Assembly (NCBI GenBank): GCA_964622545.1 | Contig: CAZUQM010000008.1 | Span: 11,215 to 75,214, forward strand | Length of the DNA: 64,000 nucleotides | Direction: 5' to 3' | DNA from: an uncultured Planctomycetales bacterium | GTDB taxonomy: Bacteria > Planctomycetota > Phycisphaerae > UBA1845 > JAFGLZ01 | The notes under the pieces: model-generated | What the model was told of the DNA's origin: nothing | What the model saw: the letters and a program-made list of their open reading frames with translations, nothing else | Databases searched by the model: none | In this document: positions 18,577 through 27,458 of the stretch, one piece after another | How the letters are laid out: each line of letters begins with the position of its first letter | Numbering within the stretch: the first letter of the stretch is position 1 | Program-made: the position numbers and the translations under genes

Positions 18577-19506
18577 CTAGGTGGTCTGCGATTGTTCTGG
18601 TACGGTGCTGGGCCGGTGTTCGATGCGGTCCAGCCGCTCCGACACGGTCCGCCACAGCTCGCGGATTTCGTCGGCGGCGGTCGACTGCCCGTACTCGATG
18701 ATGCTCTGCCCGGCCACCATGGCTTGCGTGACCGCCTTGTCGTAGTGGATTCTGCCGATGACCTCCGAGTTCCATTGTTCGGCCTTGGCCTCGATCTGAC
18801 GCGCCAGCTCATCGTTGAGGTCGCATTTGTTGATGCAGATGAGCATCGGCACGCCGAAATGCTTGGCCAGATCGCCCACGCGGCCCAGGTCGTGAAGCCC
18901 GGAGCACGTCGGCTCCGTGATCGCCAACAGCAGGTCGGCGCCCGTGATGCTGGCGATAACCGGACAACCGATGCCCGGCGGTCCGTCGACGAGGAGCAGA
19001 TCGAGCCCCCGTTCGACGGCCTCGAATTTCGCTTGCTGTCGGACGAGCGTGACGAGCCGGCCGCTGTTCTCCTCGGCGATACCCAGCTTGGCGTGGGTCA
19101 TGGGGCCGTACCGCGTGTCGGAGACGAACCACTCACCGCACGTTCGGGGCTGCAGGTCCACGGCCTGTTCCGGGCAGGCTCGGGCGCAGACGCCGCAGCC
19201 CTCGCAGAGCAGCCGCTTGACGCGATAGGTGGCCTCGTCTGCGTTGTCGTCGGGTGCGATGGCGCCGAAGACGCAGGCCTCGGCGCACTGGCCGCAGCCG
19301 GTGCAGCGCGCGGGATCGATCTCAGCGATCTTGCCCCCGACGAACGGTTCACGCATGCGGACCGTCGGTTGAAGGAGCAGGTGCAGGTCGGCGGCGTCCA
19401 CGTCGCAGTCGGCCAGCATGGCGCCCTCCGCGAGCGCGGCGAAGCTGCCGACGATGCTCGTCTTGCCGGTGCCGCCCTTGCCGCTGATAACGACCAGCTC
19501 TTTCAT
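18577..19506 (-). CDS. MinD-superfamily P-loop ATPase with inserted 2x[4Fe-4S] ferredoxin (COG1149)
   Basis: ISGKGGTGKT, DCDVDAADL, CTGCGQCAEAC, CEGCGVCARACP, DGPPGIGCP, TEPT. Confidence 0.92.
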   Translation of the reverse strand: MKELVVISGKGGTGKTSIVGSFAALAEGAMLADCDVDAADLHLLLQPTVRMREPFVGGKIAEIDPARCTGCGQCAEACVFGAIAPDDNADEATYRVKRLLCEGCGVCARACPEQAVDLQPRTCGEWFVSDTRYGPMTHAKLGIAEENSGRLVTLVRQQAKFEAVERGLDLLLVDGPPGIGCPVIASITGADLLLAITEPTCSGLHDLGRVGDLAKHFGVPMLICINKCDLNDELARQIEAKAEQWNSEVIGRIHYDKAVTQAMVAGQSIIEYGQSTAADEIRELWRTVSERLDRIEHRPSTVPEQSQTT

Positions 19507-20378
19507 ACGAACTGCCTTTCTCGGAGCGTTGCCAGCAGCCGCTCGAACCGCTCGCGGGCGTCGGGCAGGGCCCGGCAGAGCAGCTCGCCGCGGGAGTAGG
19601 TCTCGGCGATGCGGCGGTCGTCGGGGATTTCGGCCAGCACCTCGATGCCCTCGGCGGCGCAGTAATCGTGTACGCGCCCGTCTCCGATGCCCATGCGGTT
19701 GACCACCACGCCGATCTCGCGGCCGAGCTTGCGGCACATCTCGACGGCCAGGACCAGGTCGTTCAATCCGAAGGGCGTCGGCTCGGTGACCAGGCAGACG
19801 AAATCGGCGTCTTGCACCGCGGCCACCGCCGCACAGCTCGTCCCCGGCGGCGCGTCGATGATGATCAGGTCGACGTGGCCGGGATCGATGTCGCGTACCC
19901 GTTCGATCAGCGGTGGCGAAAGGGCCTGGCCGACCTTGAGCTGGCCGTCCCTGACGACGATGCCGTTCGAGCGGGCCGTCTTGACCAGGCCGATCTCGTC
20001 CGGCGTAGGCGTGATGGCGTCTTCGGGGCAGAACCGCCAGCACCCGCCACAGGCGTGGCAGAGTTCGGGGAAGATCACGACCTGTCCGTTCATGCACGCG
20101 ATGGCGTTGAATTCGCACACCTCGCTGCATAGCCCGCAGCCGGTGCAGCGCTCCGTGTCGACGGCGGGTCGGTCGAGGCAGACCGTTTCGGTCTTGTCGG
20201 GGGCGGCCTGGAGGAAGAGGTGGCAGTTGGCCGCCTCCACATCGCAATCGAGCAGGGCGACGCTCGCGCCTTGGTCGGCGGCCACGACGGCCAAGTTGGT
20301 CGCCACGGTCGTCTTGCCCGTGCCGCCCTTGCCGCTGGCTACAGCGATCTGCCAGGGAGCGGGACTGTTGTCGCTCAC
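19503..20378 (-). CDS. Second COG1149 P-loop ATPase with ferredoxin insert
   Basis: ASGKGGTGKTT, DCDVEAAN, CTGCGLCSEVC, CHACGGCWRFCP, DAPPGTSC, TEPTPFGLND; GTG start with SD GGAAGGGA. Confidence 0.92.
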   Translation of the reverse strand: MSDNSPAPWQIAVASGKGGTGKTTVATNLAVVAADQGASVALLDCDVEAANCHLFLQAAPDKTETVCLDRPAVDTERCTGCGLCSEVCEFNAIACMNGQVVIFPELCHACGGCWRFCPEDAITPTPDEIGLVKTARSNGIVVRDGQLKVGQALSPPLIERVRDIDPGHVDLIIIDAPPGTSCAAVAAVQDADFVCLVTEPTPFGLNDLVLAVEMCRKLGREIGVVVNRMGIGDGRVHDYCAAEGIEVLAEIPDDRRIAETYSRGELLCRALPDARERFERLLATLRERQFV

Positions 20379-20821
20379 GGGGTCGTCCCTTCCTGGCTCG
20401 CCGTTGACTCGAGATGTATGGCTTCGTTCGGGCACGCTTGGACGCACGCCCCGCAGCCTGTGCAGCGGCTCACAGCGACCTGCGCGACGTCGAGCATGGC
20501 AATGGCCGAGGTCGGGCACACCTCCGAACACGCCCCACAGGCCACGCATGCCTCCGGATCGACCACGGCAACGGCTTGCGGCCGGGTTGCATCCTGCATC
20601 GGCTCGAGCGGGGGCGCCTGACCGGTGCCGCCCGGACCGGGCATCAGCCCGATGCCCTGACACCGACGGCCTCGGCCCTGGCCGCGTCGACCTCGGCCTC
20701 CGCCGCCACGTCCCATGCCACCGCGACCCATCCCGCGGCCTTGCTGACCGCGGCCCTGTCCTTGTCCCATGCCGCCCCCCTGGCCGCCCTGTTGTCTACC
20801 TTGTCCCTGGTTCATGCGCAC
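20375..20821 (-). CDS. 2x[4Fe-4S] ferredoxin with Gly/Arg/Gln-rich N-terminus
   Basis: CVACGACSEVCP and CTGCGACVQACP; N-terminal GQG/GRG repeats. Confidence 0.85.
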   Translation of the reverse strand: MRMNQGQGRQQGGQGGGMGQGQGRGQQGRGMGRGGMGRGGGGRGRRGQGRGRRCQGIGLMPGPGGTGQAPPLEPMQDATRPQAVAVVDPEACVACGACSEVCPTSAIAMLDVAQVAVSRCTGCGACVQACPNEAIHLESTASQEGTTP

Positions 20822-20857
20822 GGTGTAGTGCCTTTCGAGTTCTGGTGATCGCGGTGC

Positions 20858-21220
20858 TTAGCTCCAGTGTCCCCCGACGTCCGGGCCACCGGCAGCGGTG
20901 AGCTTGCCGGCCTTGAGGGCCTCGAGCCCTTGGCGACCCGTGCCCGAGGCACCGGTGTAGATCGCGATGTTGGCAGCGGCCAGCGCGCGAAAGGCCTTCG
21001 GACCGCAGTGACCGGTGACCAGGGCCTCGACCTTCTGCTCGGCGACACGCTGAGCGGCCTGGATGCCGGCCCCCTGAGCCGCGCTCAGGTTGATGCTGTT
21101 GTCGATGGCCTCGACCGCTTCGGATTCGGTGTCCACGATCAGGAAGTAGCGTGCGCGCCCGAAACGCTCGTCGAGGGCGTCGTCGAGTGTGGGTCCGGTG
21201 GCTGTGATGGCGATCCGCAT
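20858..21220 (-). CDS. NifB/NifX family (Orange protein-like) protein
   Basis: MRIAITATG, RFGRARYF, GAGIQAAQ, TGHCGPKA, C-terminal VGGHW; SD AGGAGG. Confidence 0.9.
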   Translation of the reverse strand: MRIAITATGPTLDDALDERFGRARYFLIVDTESEAVEAIDNSINLSAAQGAGIQAAQRVAEQKVEALVTGHCGPKAFRALAAANIAIYTGASGTGRQGLEALKAGKLTAAGGPDVGGHWS

Positions 21221-21286
21221 GATGCCTCCTTGGGGCCTCGGATGCATCCCTATGATGCTAGTCCGCGAGCCGGATCTTTCGTGATG

Positions 21287-21406
21287 GCCAGGCAAGGCCG
21301 GGGCGCCCAGGGACGCTCATCTAAGGGAGTGCGTCACAGGTGTCAGAGCCCCGTTAAGGGATCCGTGGCTTGAGCGCCCCTGGATCGCCTCCGGTCTCCG
21401 CCTAGC
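21287..21406 (-). other. Long imperfect inverted repeat / structured intergenic element
   Basis: CCAGGGACGCTCA (21307-21319) / TGAGCGCCCCTGG (21371-21383), extended outward by GGCG/CGCC, AGGCCGG/CCGGTCT and GCCAGGC/GCCTAGC. Confidence 0.6.
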
Positions 21407-21753
21407 TAGGTTTCCTGCCCCGCCTGGGCGTCGAGTTCGGCGACGCGTGCCTGCATGGCTTCGAGCTGTTGGCCGAGAGCGTCGATCTGCTGTCGCAAGG
21501 CCGTTCGCTCCTGCTCGGGTGTCGGGGCCGTCGGTGCGATGCCGGGCACCCAAGCGGGCATGCCCATCCAACGCCCTCGCCATCCTCGCCCTCGCCCACC
21601 GCCGAAACCGCGGCCGCCCCCCCAAGGCCTACCGCCTCGACCGAGGCCGTACCCATACGGGTTGACCGCGTTGCCGACGGGTGGGCAGACGCCGAATCCG
21701 CCGCCCGTTCTGGGGCCCATTCCCATTGGTCCTGTTCCGTCGAAACCTGGCAT
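21406..21753 (-). CDS. DUF5320 family Gly/Arg-rich protein
   Basis: MPGFDGTGPMGMGPRTGGGFGVC start, GRGG-rich middle, C-terminal coiled coil; SD GGAGG. Confidence 0.85.
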   Translation of the reverse strand: MPGFDGTGPMGMGPRTGGGFGVCPPVGNAVNPYGYGLGRGGRPWGGGRGFGGGRGRGWRGRWMGMPAWVPGIAPTAPTPEQERTALRQQIDALGQQLEAMQARVAELDAQAGQET

Positions 21754-21793
21754 GATTGTGACCTCCGTACTGGTGTCGGCTCTCTGTTGTCTG

Positions 21794-22201
21794 TCAGACC
21801 GTTCCGTTCGACCACCGACCGCAGCCACGTTGCCTGCGCCTGCGACCGCATCCGCGACCGCCTCCGGCGCCGCAGCCCGGCATGACGAACTCCGCGCTGG
21901 GCAACGCCCCCTGCCAGTAGGCCTCAGCGATGCGATCGACGTCACCGGCAAGCCACGGCACCAGCTCGATGCCGGTGGCCTGGACCCATTCGGCCTGGGG
22001 GCGTGTGATACCGCCGCACAGGAGGACCCGGACGCCGATGTCGCGAAGCCGCTCGGCGCGGCGAAGGCCCTCCACGTCAGCCAATTCGACCGCCTGCTGG
22101 GTAATGGCTCCGTCGTCGCCGCGCTCGAAGATCATCACCGATTGACAGGTGTCGAAGACGGGCGAGACACGGCCTTCATGGTTTGGCACAGCGATCTTCA
22201 T
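21794..22201 (-). CDS. NifB/NifX family protein
   Basis: MKIAVP..GRVSPVFD, LLCGGI, MPGC followed by a Gly/Arg tail. Confidence 0.85.
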   Translation of the reverse strand: MKIAVPNHEGRVSPVFDTCQSVMIFERGDDGAITQQAVELADVEGLRRAERLRDIGVRVLLCGGITRPQAEWVQATGIELVPWLAGDVDRIAEAYWQGALPSAEFVMPGCGAGGGRGCGRRRRQRGCGRWSNGTV

Positions 22202-22228
22202 GGGTCGGTCCTCACCGACTGGACCTAC

Positions 22229-22244
22229 GGCACGATGCGTGCCA
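22229..22244 (-). promoter_or_regulatory. sigma-54 (-24/-12) promoter of the ORP-like operon
   Basis: Minus strand TGGCACGCATCGTGCC = TGGCACG-N4-GTGC with exact GG-N10-GC spacing, about 28 nt upstream of the first ATG. Confidence 0.75.
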
Positions 22245-22516
22245 TAGCCCTCGCAGGACCGTGTTCATTCGCCAAATCACTGGCGTGTAGTTAGTTGCGT
22301 GTGAGATGTCGCTGCCGGCATGGCGCTGTGAAACGTCACATGATGCAGAGTGAACCTATCAAGGGCGATGGTGTGGTGCATAGTGCAATGTCGAGGTCAT
22401 GCGCCACGTCTAGTCAAACAGGGCGTAGAGACCAGCCGATGTTAGCTCTGCCCGGCCGGAGACCGAACACGGCACCGGGCGAACGCGAAACCGCTGCCGG
22501 TCCTGCGTTTGGGCCG

Positions 22517-22545
22517 TTGAATCCGCGGGGTTGCAGTGCTAGACT
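22517..22545 (+). promoter_or_regulatory. sigma70 promoter of tRNA-Glu
   Basis: TTGAAT-N17-TAGACT with TGn extended -10. Confidence 0.65.
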
Positions 22546-22558
22546 CTGAGACGTTGTT

Positions 22559-22630
22559 GGCCCCATCGTCTAGTGGTTAGGACACCGGATTTTCGATCCG
22601 GCAACACGGGTTCGAATCCCGTTGGGGTCA
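22559..22630 (+). tRNA. tRNA-Glu (anticodon TTC); CCA not encoded
   Basis: Acceptor GGCCCCA/TGGGGTC-A, D arm TAGTGGTTAGGAC, anticodon stem CCGGA/TCCGG with loop TTTTCGA, T arm GGTTCGAATCC. Confidence 0.96.
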
Positions 22631-22636
22631 TCCACC

Positions 22637-22670
22637 AGGGCACGTCCAAAGGGCGTGCCCTTTGGCTTTG
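22637..22670 (+). terminator. Intrinsic terminator after tRNA-Glu (possibly also for the convergent AKR gene)
   Basis: AGGGCACGTCC-AAA-GGGCGTGCCCT followed by TTGGCTTTG. Confidence 0.7.
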
Positions 22671-22677
22671 TCCGTTC

Positions 22678-23661
22678 CTAACTCCCCTTGAAGACAGGTG
22701 TAAGATTCGCACCGAGCGCTCGCAGGTGTTGCTCGTCTGGCTTGCTCCACGACCCGAGCTGGCCCACCAGGTGCAGCGCCAGGTTGAACAGCCGGACGTC
22801 CGCCGACGGGACGATCGAGGTGATCGGATACTGCAGCGCGTAGCGCAGGGCCATGGCCACCGTCTCCGGCTCGTCCAGGGGCTCGTACCAGCAGTTCGGA
22901 TAGGTCTTCGTTTTGGGGCTGTCTTTCGGGTACCGCTGCTTGGCCATCGCCTTGATCGCCAGGATCGCCGCGCCCTGCTTGCTGGCCTGGTCGATGACGC
23001 GCGGGCCGAAGTCGCCCTGGTACTCGCACGCGAAGTTGACCGGAAAGAGGATCGAGTCGAACGGGTAGCGCTCCAGTGCGGCCAGGGCGGCCTCCTCGGA
23101 ATGGGCGCTGAAGCCGATGAATCGTACGCGTCCGTCCTCTTTCGCCTTGATGAAGGTCTCCATGGCCCCGCCCTTGGCGAAGACCGCGTCGACGTCCTTC
23201 TCGACCTTGGTGAGGGCGTGGAGCTGATACAGGTCAACGTGGTCTGTACGGAGCTGCTTGAGGCTGCCGGCGAGCTCTTTGGCCGATCCCGCGGCCGAGC
23301 GCTCGGTGGTCTTGCAGGCCAGGAAGACGTCCTTGCGATAGGGCTTGAGGGCCGGGCCGAGCAGCACCTGCGCGTTGCCGTACGTCGGCGCGACGTCAAA
23401 GTAGTTCACACCGCGCTCGACGGCCTCGGCCACGTGGCGGTTGACCTTCGCCTGCTCCATCTTCTGGATCATGTAGCCGCCGAAGCCGATGACCGATAGC
23501 TTCACGTCGTGGCGGCCGTACCGTCGCCTAGCCAGTTTGGCCATGGGTGTGGACCTCGTTGCCGCTTTGGCGGCGCCGTGGGTTGACTCGGCCGTCAGGT
23601 GACCCGCCAACGCGGCTGCCGGCGGCACGGCGGCGTGTTTCAGGAAGTCGCGGCGTTTCAT
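22678..23661 (-). CDS. Tat-exported aldo/keto reductase
   Basis: MKRRDFLK leader; SVIGFGG, YFDVAPTYG, ACKT, DLYQLH, IGFSAH. Confidence 0.9.
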   Translation of the reverse strand: MKRRDFLKHAAVPPAAALAGHLTAESTHGAAKAATRSTPMAKLARRRYGRHDVKLSVIGFGGYMIQKMEQAKVNRHVAEAVERGVNYFDVAPTYGNAQVLLGPALKPYRKDVFLACKTTERSAAGSAKELAGSLKQLRTDHVDLYQLHALTKVEKDVDAVFAKGGAMETFIKAKEDGRVRFIGFSAHSEEAALAALERYPFDSILFPVNFACEYQGDFGPRVIDQASKQGAAILAIKAMAKQRYPKDSPKTKTYPNCWYEPLDEPETVAMALRYALQYPITSIVPSADVRLFNLALHLVGQLGSWSKPDEQHLRALGANLTPVFKGS

Positions 23662-23958
23662 GGTGACGTGTCTCCCCTCGGCTCGGTGTTCCGGCTCGCG
23701 AGGCATCAGCCGTCTGAGCGGACGACACCCGGCGGGATCAGCTCCTCCACCACCCTTCACCAGTAGCACGCCAGGCGTCCGAGAGCAAGGCGGATCCCCC
23801 TTCCCCCGTCTCGGTTCTGTGGCTCTTGGGGGGCACGCAACGATCGGCTCGGGTCAACGCGAAGGCGAAGGTGAGGTGCCCGGCGGGCGGTGGCTGTTTA
23901 GAGGCGCCTCGCAGGGCCGAGGGCGCTCGTGCCTCACGATCCATCACAGGTGGCGACG

Positions 23959-26900
23959 CTACTCCTCCATCTGCGTCTGCGGCAAGCCGTGGCCGGGGGT
24001 GTCCTTGTACAGCAGCCAGTACACGATCGGGATGACGAACAGCGCGAACACGTCGGCCGCGAAGAGACCGAAGATCAACGCCCACGCCAGGCCGGAGAAG
24101 ATCGGATCGATCGTGATGGGCGCCGCCGACAGCATCGCCGTGATCGAGGTCAGGAGGATCGGCCGTAAGCGGACCACGCGGCTCTCCATGATCGCGTCGA
24201 ACAGCGATCGGCCGCGCTTCAACGACAGGTGGATGAAGTCGACCAGGATGATCGAGTCGCGCGTGACAATGCCCGCCAGGGCGATCATGCCGATCATGCC
24301 CGTGGCCGTGAAGAAGACCGGATCGCCGTAGCCCCCTACCGTATCGCCGACGAGCACGTTCAGCAGCCAGAAGCCCGGCATGATACCGAGGACGGTCAGG
24401 GGGATGGCCAGCATGACGATGACGGGAATGGCGAACGAGGCGGTCTGGGCGACCAGCAAGATGTAGATGCCGATCATGGCGGCGGCAAAGGCCAGGCCCA
24501 GGTCGCGGAAGACATCCAGCGTGATCTGCCATTCGCCCTCACCGGAGAACCGGACGTCGATGTCCTCGGGCACGTGCCAGGCGATGCCGCTGCCGTTGCT
24601 GAAGAACGTTCGCTCCGAGAGCGGGCGCGGCTCGCCCTTGTCGATCCAGCCGTTGCCGAGCCGCCTCGCGGCGGGCCTGCTGGATCCCTTGTGCTCAGCA
24701 ACGACCTGGTCGGCCTGGATGTCGACGACGGCCTCGGCGGGCGGACGGCCTGCGACCTCCGAGAAGACGTAGACCACGCGCCGAAGGTTCTTGTGATAGA
24801 TCGTCTTGTCGGCCGTCGCCTCGCGCCAGGTGCCTAGCTCGGCCAGCGGCACGCTCTGGCCGTGCCGTCCCTTGACGTAGATCTTGGCCAGGTCCGCGGC
24901 ACTGGACCGCAGCGGGCGACGGAGCCGCAGCTCGATTAGCAGCGGGTTGCGCTCGTGGGGGTCGCGGATCGTGCCGGCCGTTTCGCCTTCCAAGCCGAGC
25001 TTGACCGTGCCGGCGATGTCCTCGACGGAGACGCCGTTGAGGGCGGCTTTCTCCTTGTCGGTCACGAAGACGAACTTCTGCCAATCGGCCTCGACGGAGT
25101 CGTCGACGTCGACGACGCCGGGCTCGGCCTTGAAGCGGGCCCGGACCACACGGGAGGCGGCGATGAGATCCTCATAGGTATGGTCGGCCTGGCCCATCAC
25201 CTCGGCCGTGAGCGTGGCGATGACGGGCGGACCGGGCGGGATCTCGACGATGGACAGCACGGCGTTGTGCTTGTCGGCGATGGCGGTCAGTTCGTCGCGG
25301 AGCCGCAGGCCGATGGCGTGGCTCTGCTGGCGGCGGCTCTTCTTGCCGACCAGGTCGACGCGGATCTCGGCCACGTTCGGCCCCTGGCGGAGGTAGTAGT
25401 GGCGGACGAGGCCGTTGAAGTCCATCGGCGAGGCCAGCCCGACGTACGAGGTGAAGCCGGTCACCTCGGGCACGCCGCTCAGGTAGGTCTCGAATTCGCG
25501 GACGGCGGCATCCGATCGCTCGAGCGTCGTGCCTTCGTCGAAGTCGAGCACGAGCAGGAGCTCGTTCTTGTTGTCGAAGGGAAGCATCTTCAGCGGGACG
25601 GCCCGCACGGCGGCAAGCGAGGCCGTCGCCAGGAAGAGCGCGAAGATAACCAGCAGGAACACGCCGCCCCGCCACCGTCCTCTCAGGAGCGGCGCCATGA
25701 CCGGGTAGAAGAGCTTGTAGAGCGGGCTCTGCTGGATGGCTTCGGCGTCGTAGGACTCGTTGTCGTTGAGGGCGGGACCGCCGTCGGGGCGGTTGTAGCG
25801 ATTCTTGAGGATGTGATAGCCCATCCAGGGCGTGATCGTGAACGCCACCAGCATCGACATGATCATCGTGACCGGCACGTTCAGGGCCATCGGCCGCATG
25901 TAGGGGCCCATCATGCCCGTGATGAAGAACATGGGCAGGAACGAGACGATGACCGCCAGTGTCGCGGCGATCAGCGGCGGGCGGATCTCGGCGACGGCCT
26001 CGAGCACGATGCGACGCGTGCCCCGGCCGCGCATGGCGAAGTGCCGCGAGATGTTCTCGACGTCGACGATGGGGTCGTCGACCAGCAGGCCCAGCGAGAG
26101 GATCAGCGCGAACAGCGTCACGCGGTTGATCGTGTAGCCGAACAGCAGGTTCACCGCGAGCGTCAGCCCGAACACGACGGGCACGGCCACCGCGACGATC
26201 AGGGCCTCGCGCAGCCCCAGCGTCAGCACCAGCAGCGCGATGATGATGAAGATCGCCACGCCGAGGGCCTCGACCAGGCCGTCGACCTTCTCGTCGGCGG
26301 TCAGGCCGTAGTTGCGCGTGATGATCATCTCCATGTTGTCGGGCACGATCCGTTCGCGGAGCTCGCCGGCCTTGTCGATGAGCGATTCGGCCACCCAGAC
26401 GGCGTTGGTGCCCCGCTTCTTGGCCAGGGCGATGGTGACGGCCGTTCGTGAGACGGGCGCATCCTCTGCCGCTTGCGTGGTGGGCACGCCGGCGCCTGGG
26501 GCGATCGCCCCGCCGATGACCGTACCGGGCGCCTGGTCGTGCGAGCTGAAGCCGCGCGCCGGTCCCCAGCCGTGGCGGACGTAGTTGGTCACCTCGTCGG
26601 GACCGTCGACGACGTCGGCCACGTCCTTGAGGAAGACCGGCCGCTTGTCGAACACGCCGACCACCAGCTCGCGGAGCTCACGGGCGCTGCGAAAGGCCTC
26701 GCCCACTTCGACGCGGTATACCGTGTCGGATCGGTCGAAGGTGCCTGCGGTCCGCGTCAGGTTGGTCGCGCCGATGGCCCGCTCGATCTCGAGCGGCGAG
26801 ACCGAGTAGCCCTGCATGCGATCCGGGTCGACATAGACATGGACGATCCGCTGTTGGCCGCCGAGGACGTAGGCGCGCGACAGGTTCTCGACGGTCGCCA

Positions 26901-27456
26901 GGCGATCGACCACCTCCTCGGCGACGCGGCGCAGGGCGTACTCGCCGGCGGATTCGCTGGCGAGCGTCAACGTGACGATGGGCACGTCGTCGATCTCGAC
27001 CGGCTTGATCACCCAGCCCGTTACACCTGGCGGAACCCTATCGAGGTTTTCGTCGATGCGCTTGTAGAGCTTGACGAGGCTGCGCTCGCGATCCTGGCCC
27101 ACGTAGTAGCGGACCGTGATGATGGCGCGATCGCGCTTCGACATTGAGTAGACATACTCCACGCCGTCGATCTGGTAGAGGAGCTTCTCCAGCGGGGTGC
27201 TGACGAGCTGCTCGACCTCCTCGGCCGAGTGGCCCGGGAAGCTCACGAAGATGTCGGCCAGGGGCACGACGATCTGCGGGTCTTCCTCGCGAGGGGTGAT
27301 CATCAGGGCGGTGATGCCCACGGCCGCAGCGAGGATGATGAGGACGAGCGACAGGTTCGACTCGAGGAACGCTTTGACGATGGCGTTCACGACCCCGTGC
27401 TCGGTGTTCGTCGGGCCGCTGTTGGATGGGCTGGGCACGCTCGGATCGCCGGCCAT
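23959..27456 (-). CDS. RND efflux permease (AcrB/CusA superfamily)
   Basis: PREEDPQI, VDDPIVDVENI, RLRPILLT; 12-TM RND topology. Confidence 0.95.
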   Translation of the reverse strand: MAGDPSVPSPSNSGPTNTEHGVVNAIVKAFLESNLSLVLIILAAAVGITALMITPREEDPQIVVPLADIFVSFPGHSAEEVEQLVSTPLEKLLYQIDGVEYVYSMSKRDRAIITVRYYVGQDRERSLVKLYKRIDENLDRVPPGVTGWVIKPVEIDDVPIVTLTLASESAGEYALRRVAEEVVDRLATVENLSRAYVLGGQQRIVHVYVDPDRMQGYSVSPLEIERAIGATNLTRTAGTFDRSDTVYRVEVGEAFRSARELRELVVGVFDKRPVFLKDVADVVDGPDEVTNYVRHGWGPARGFSSHDQAPGTVIGGAIAPGAGVPTTQAAEDAPVSRTAVTIALAKKRGTNAVWVAESLIDKAGELRERIVPDNMEMIITRNYGLTADEKVDGLVEALGVAIFIIIALLVLTLGLREALIVAVAVPVVFGLTLAVNLLFGYTINRVTLFALILSLGLLVDDPIVDVENISRHFAMRGRGTRRIVLEAVAEIRPPLIAATLAVIVSFLPMFFITGMMGPYMRPMALNVPVTMIMSMLVAFTITPWMGYHILKNRYNRPDGGPALNDNESYDAEAIQQSPLYKLFYPVMAPLLRGRWRGGVFLLVIFALFLATASLAAVRAVPLKMLPFDNKNELLLVLDFDEGTTLERSDAAVREFETYLSGVPEVTGFTSYVGLASPMDFNGLVRHYYLRQGPNVAEIRVDLVGKKSRRQQSHAIGLRLRDELTAIADKHNAVLSIVEIPPGPPVIATLTAEVMGQADHTYEDLIAASRVVRARFKAEPGVVDVDDSVEADWQKFVFVTDKEKAALNGVSVEDIAGTVKLGLEGETAGTIRDPHERNPLLIELRLRRPLRSSAADLAKIYVKGRHGQSVPLAELGTWREATADKTIYHKNLRRVVYVFSEVAGRPPAEAVVDIQADQVVAEHKGSSRPAARRLGNGWIDKGEPRPLSERTFFSNGSGIAWHVPEDIDVRFSGEGEWQITLDVFRDLGLAFAAAMIGIYILLVAQTASFAIPVIVMLAIPLTVLGIMPGFWLLNVLVGDTVGGYGDPVFFTATGMIGMIALAGIVTRDSIILVDFIHLSLKRGRSLFDAIMESRVVRLRPILLTSITAMLSAAPITIDPIFSGLAWALIFGLFAADVFALFVIPIVYWLLYKDTPGHGLPQTQMEE

Positions 27457-27458
27457 GG

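Noticed and set aside
17292-22201. NifB/NifX domains as evidence of nitrogen fixation
   Set aside because: No nifHDK/ENB in the window; the context is ORP-like
22363-22400. GGCGATGGTGT resembling the start of a fluoride riboswitch
   Set aside because: Lacks the pairing TCGCC and downstream GCTRATGAC elements; no fluoride-related gene follows
22559-22680. tRNA-Glu as an integration site of a genomic island
   Set aside because: No integrase and no duplicated tRNA 3' end seen in the window
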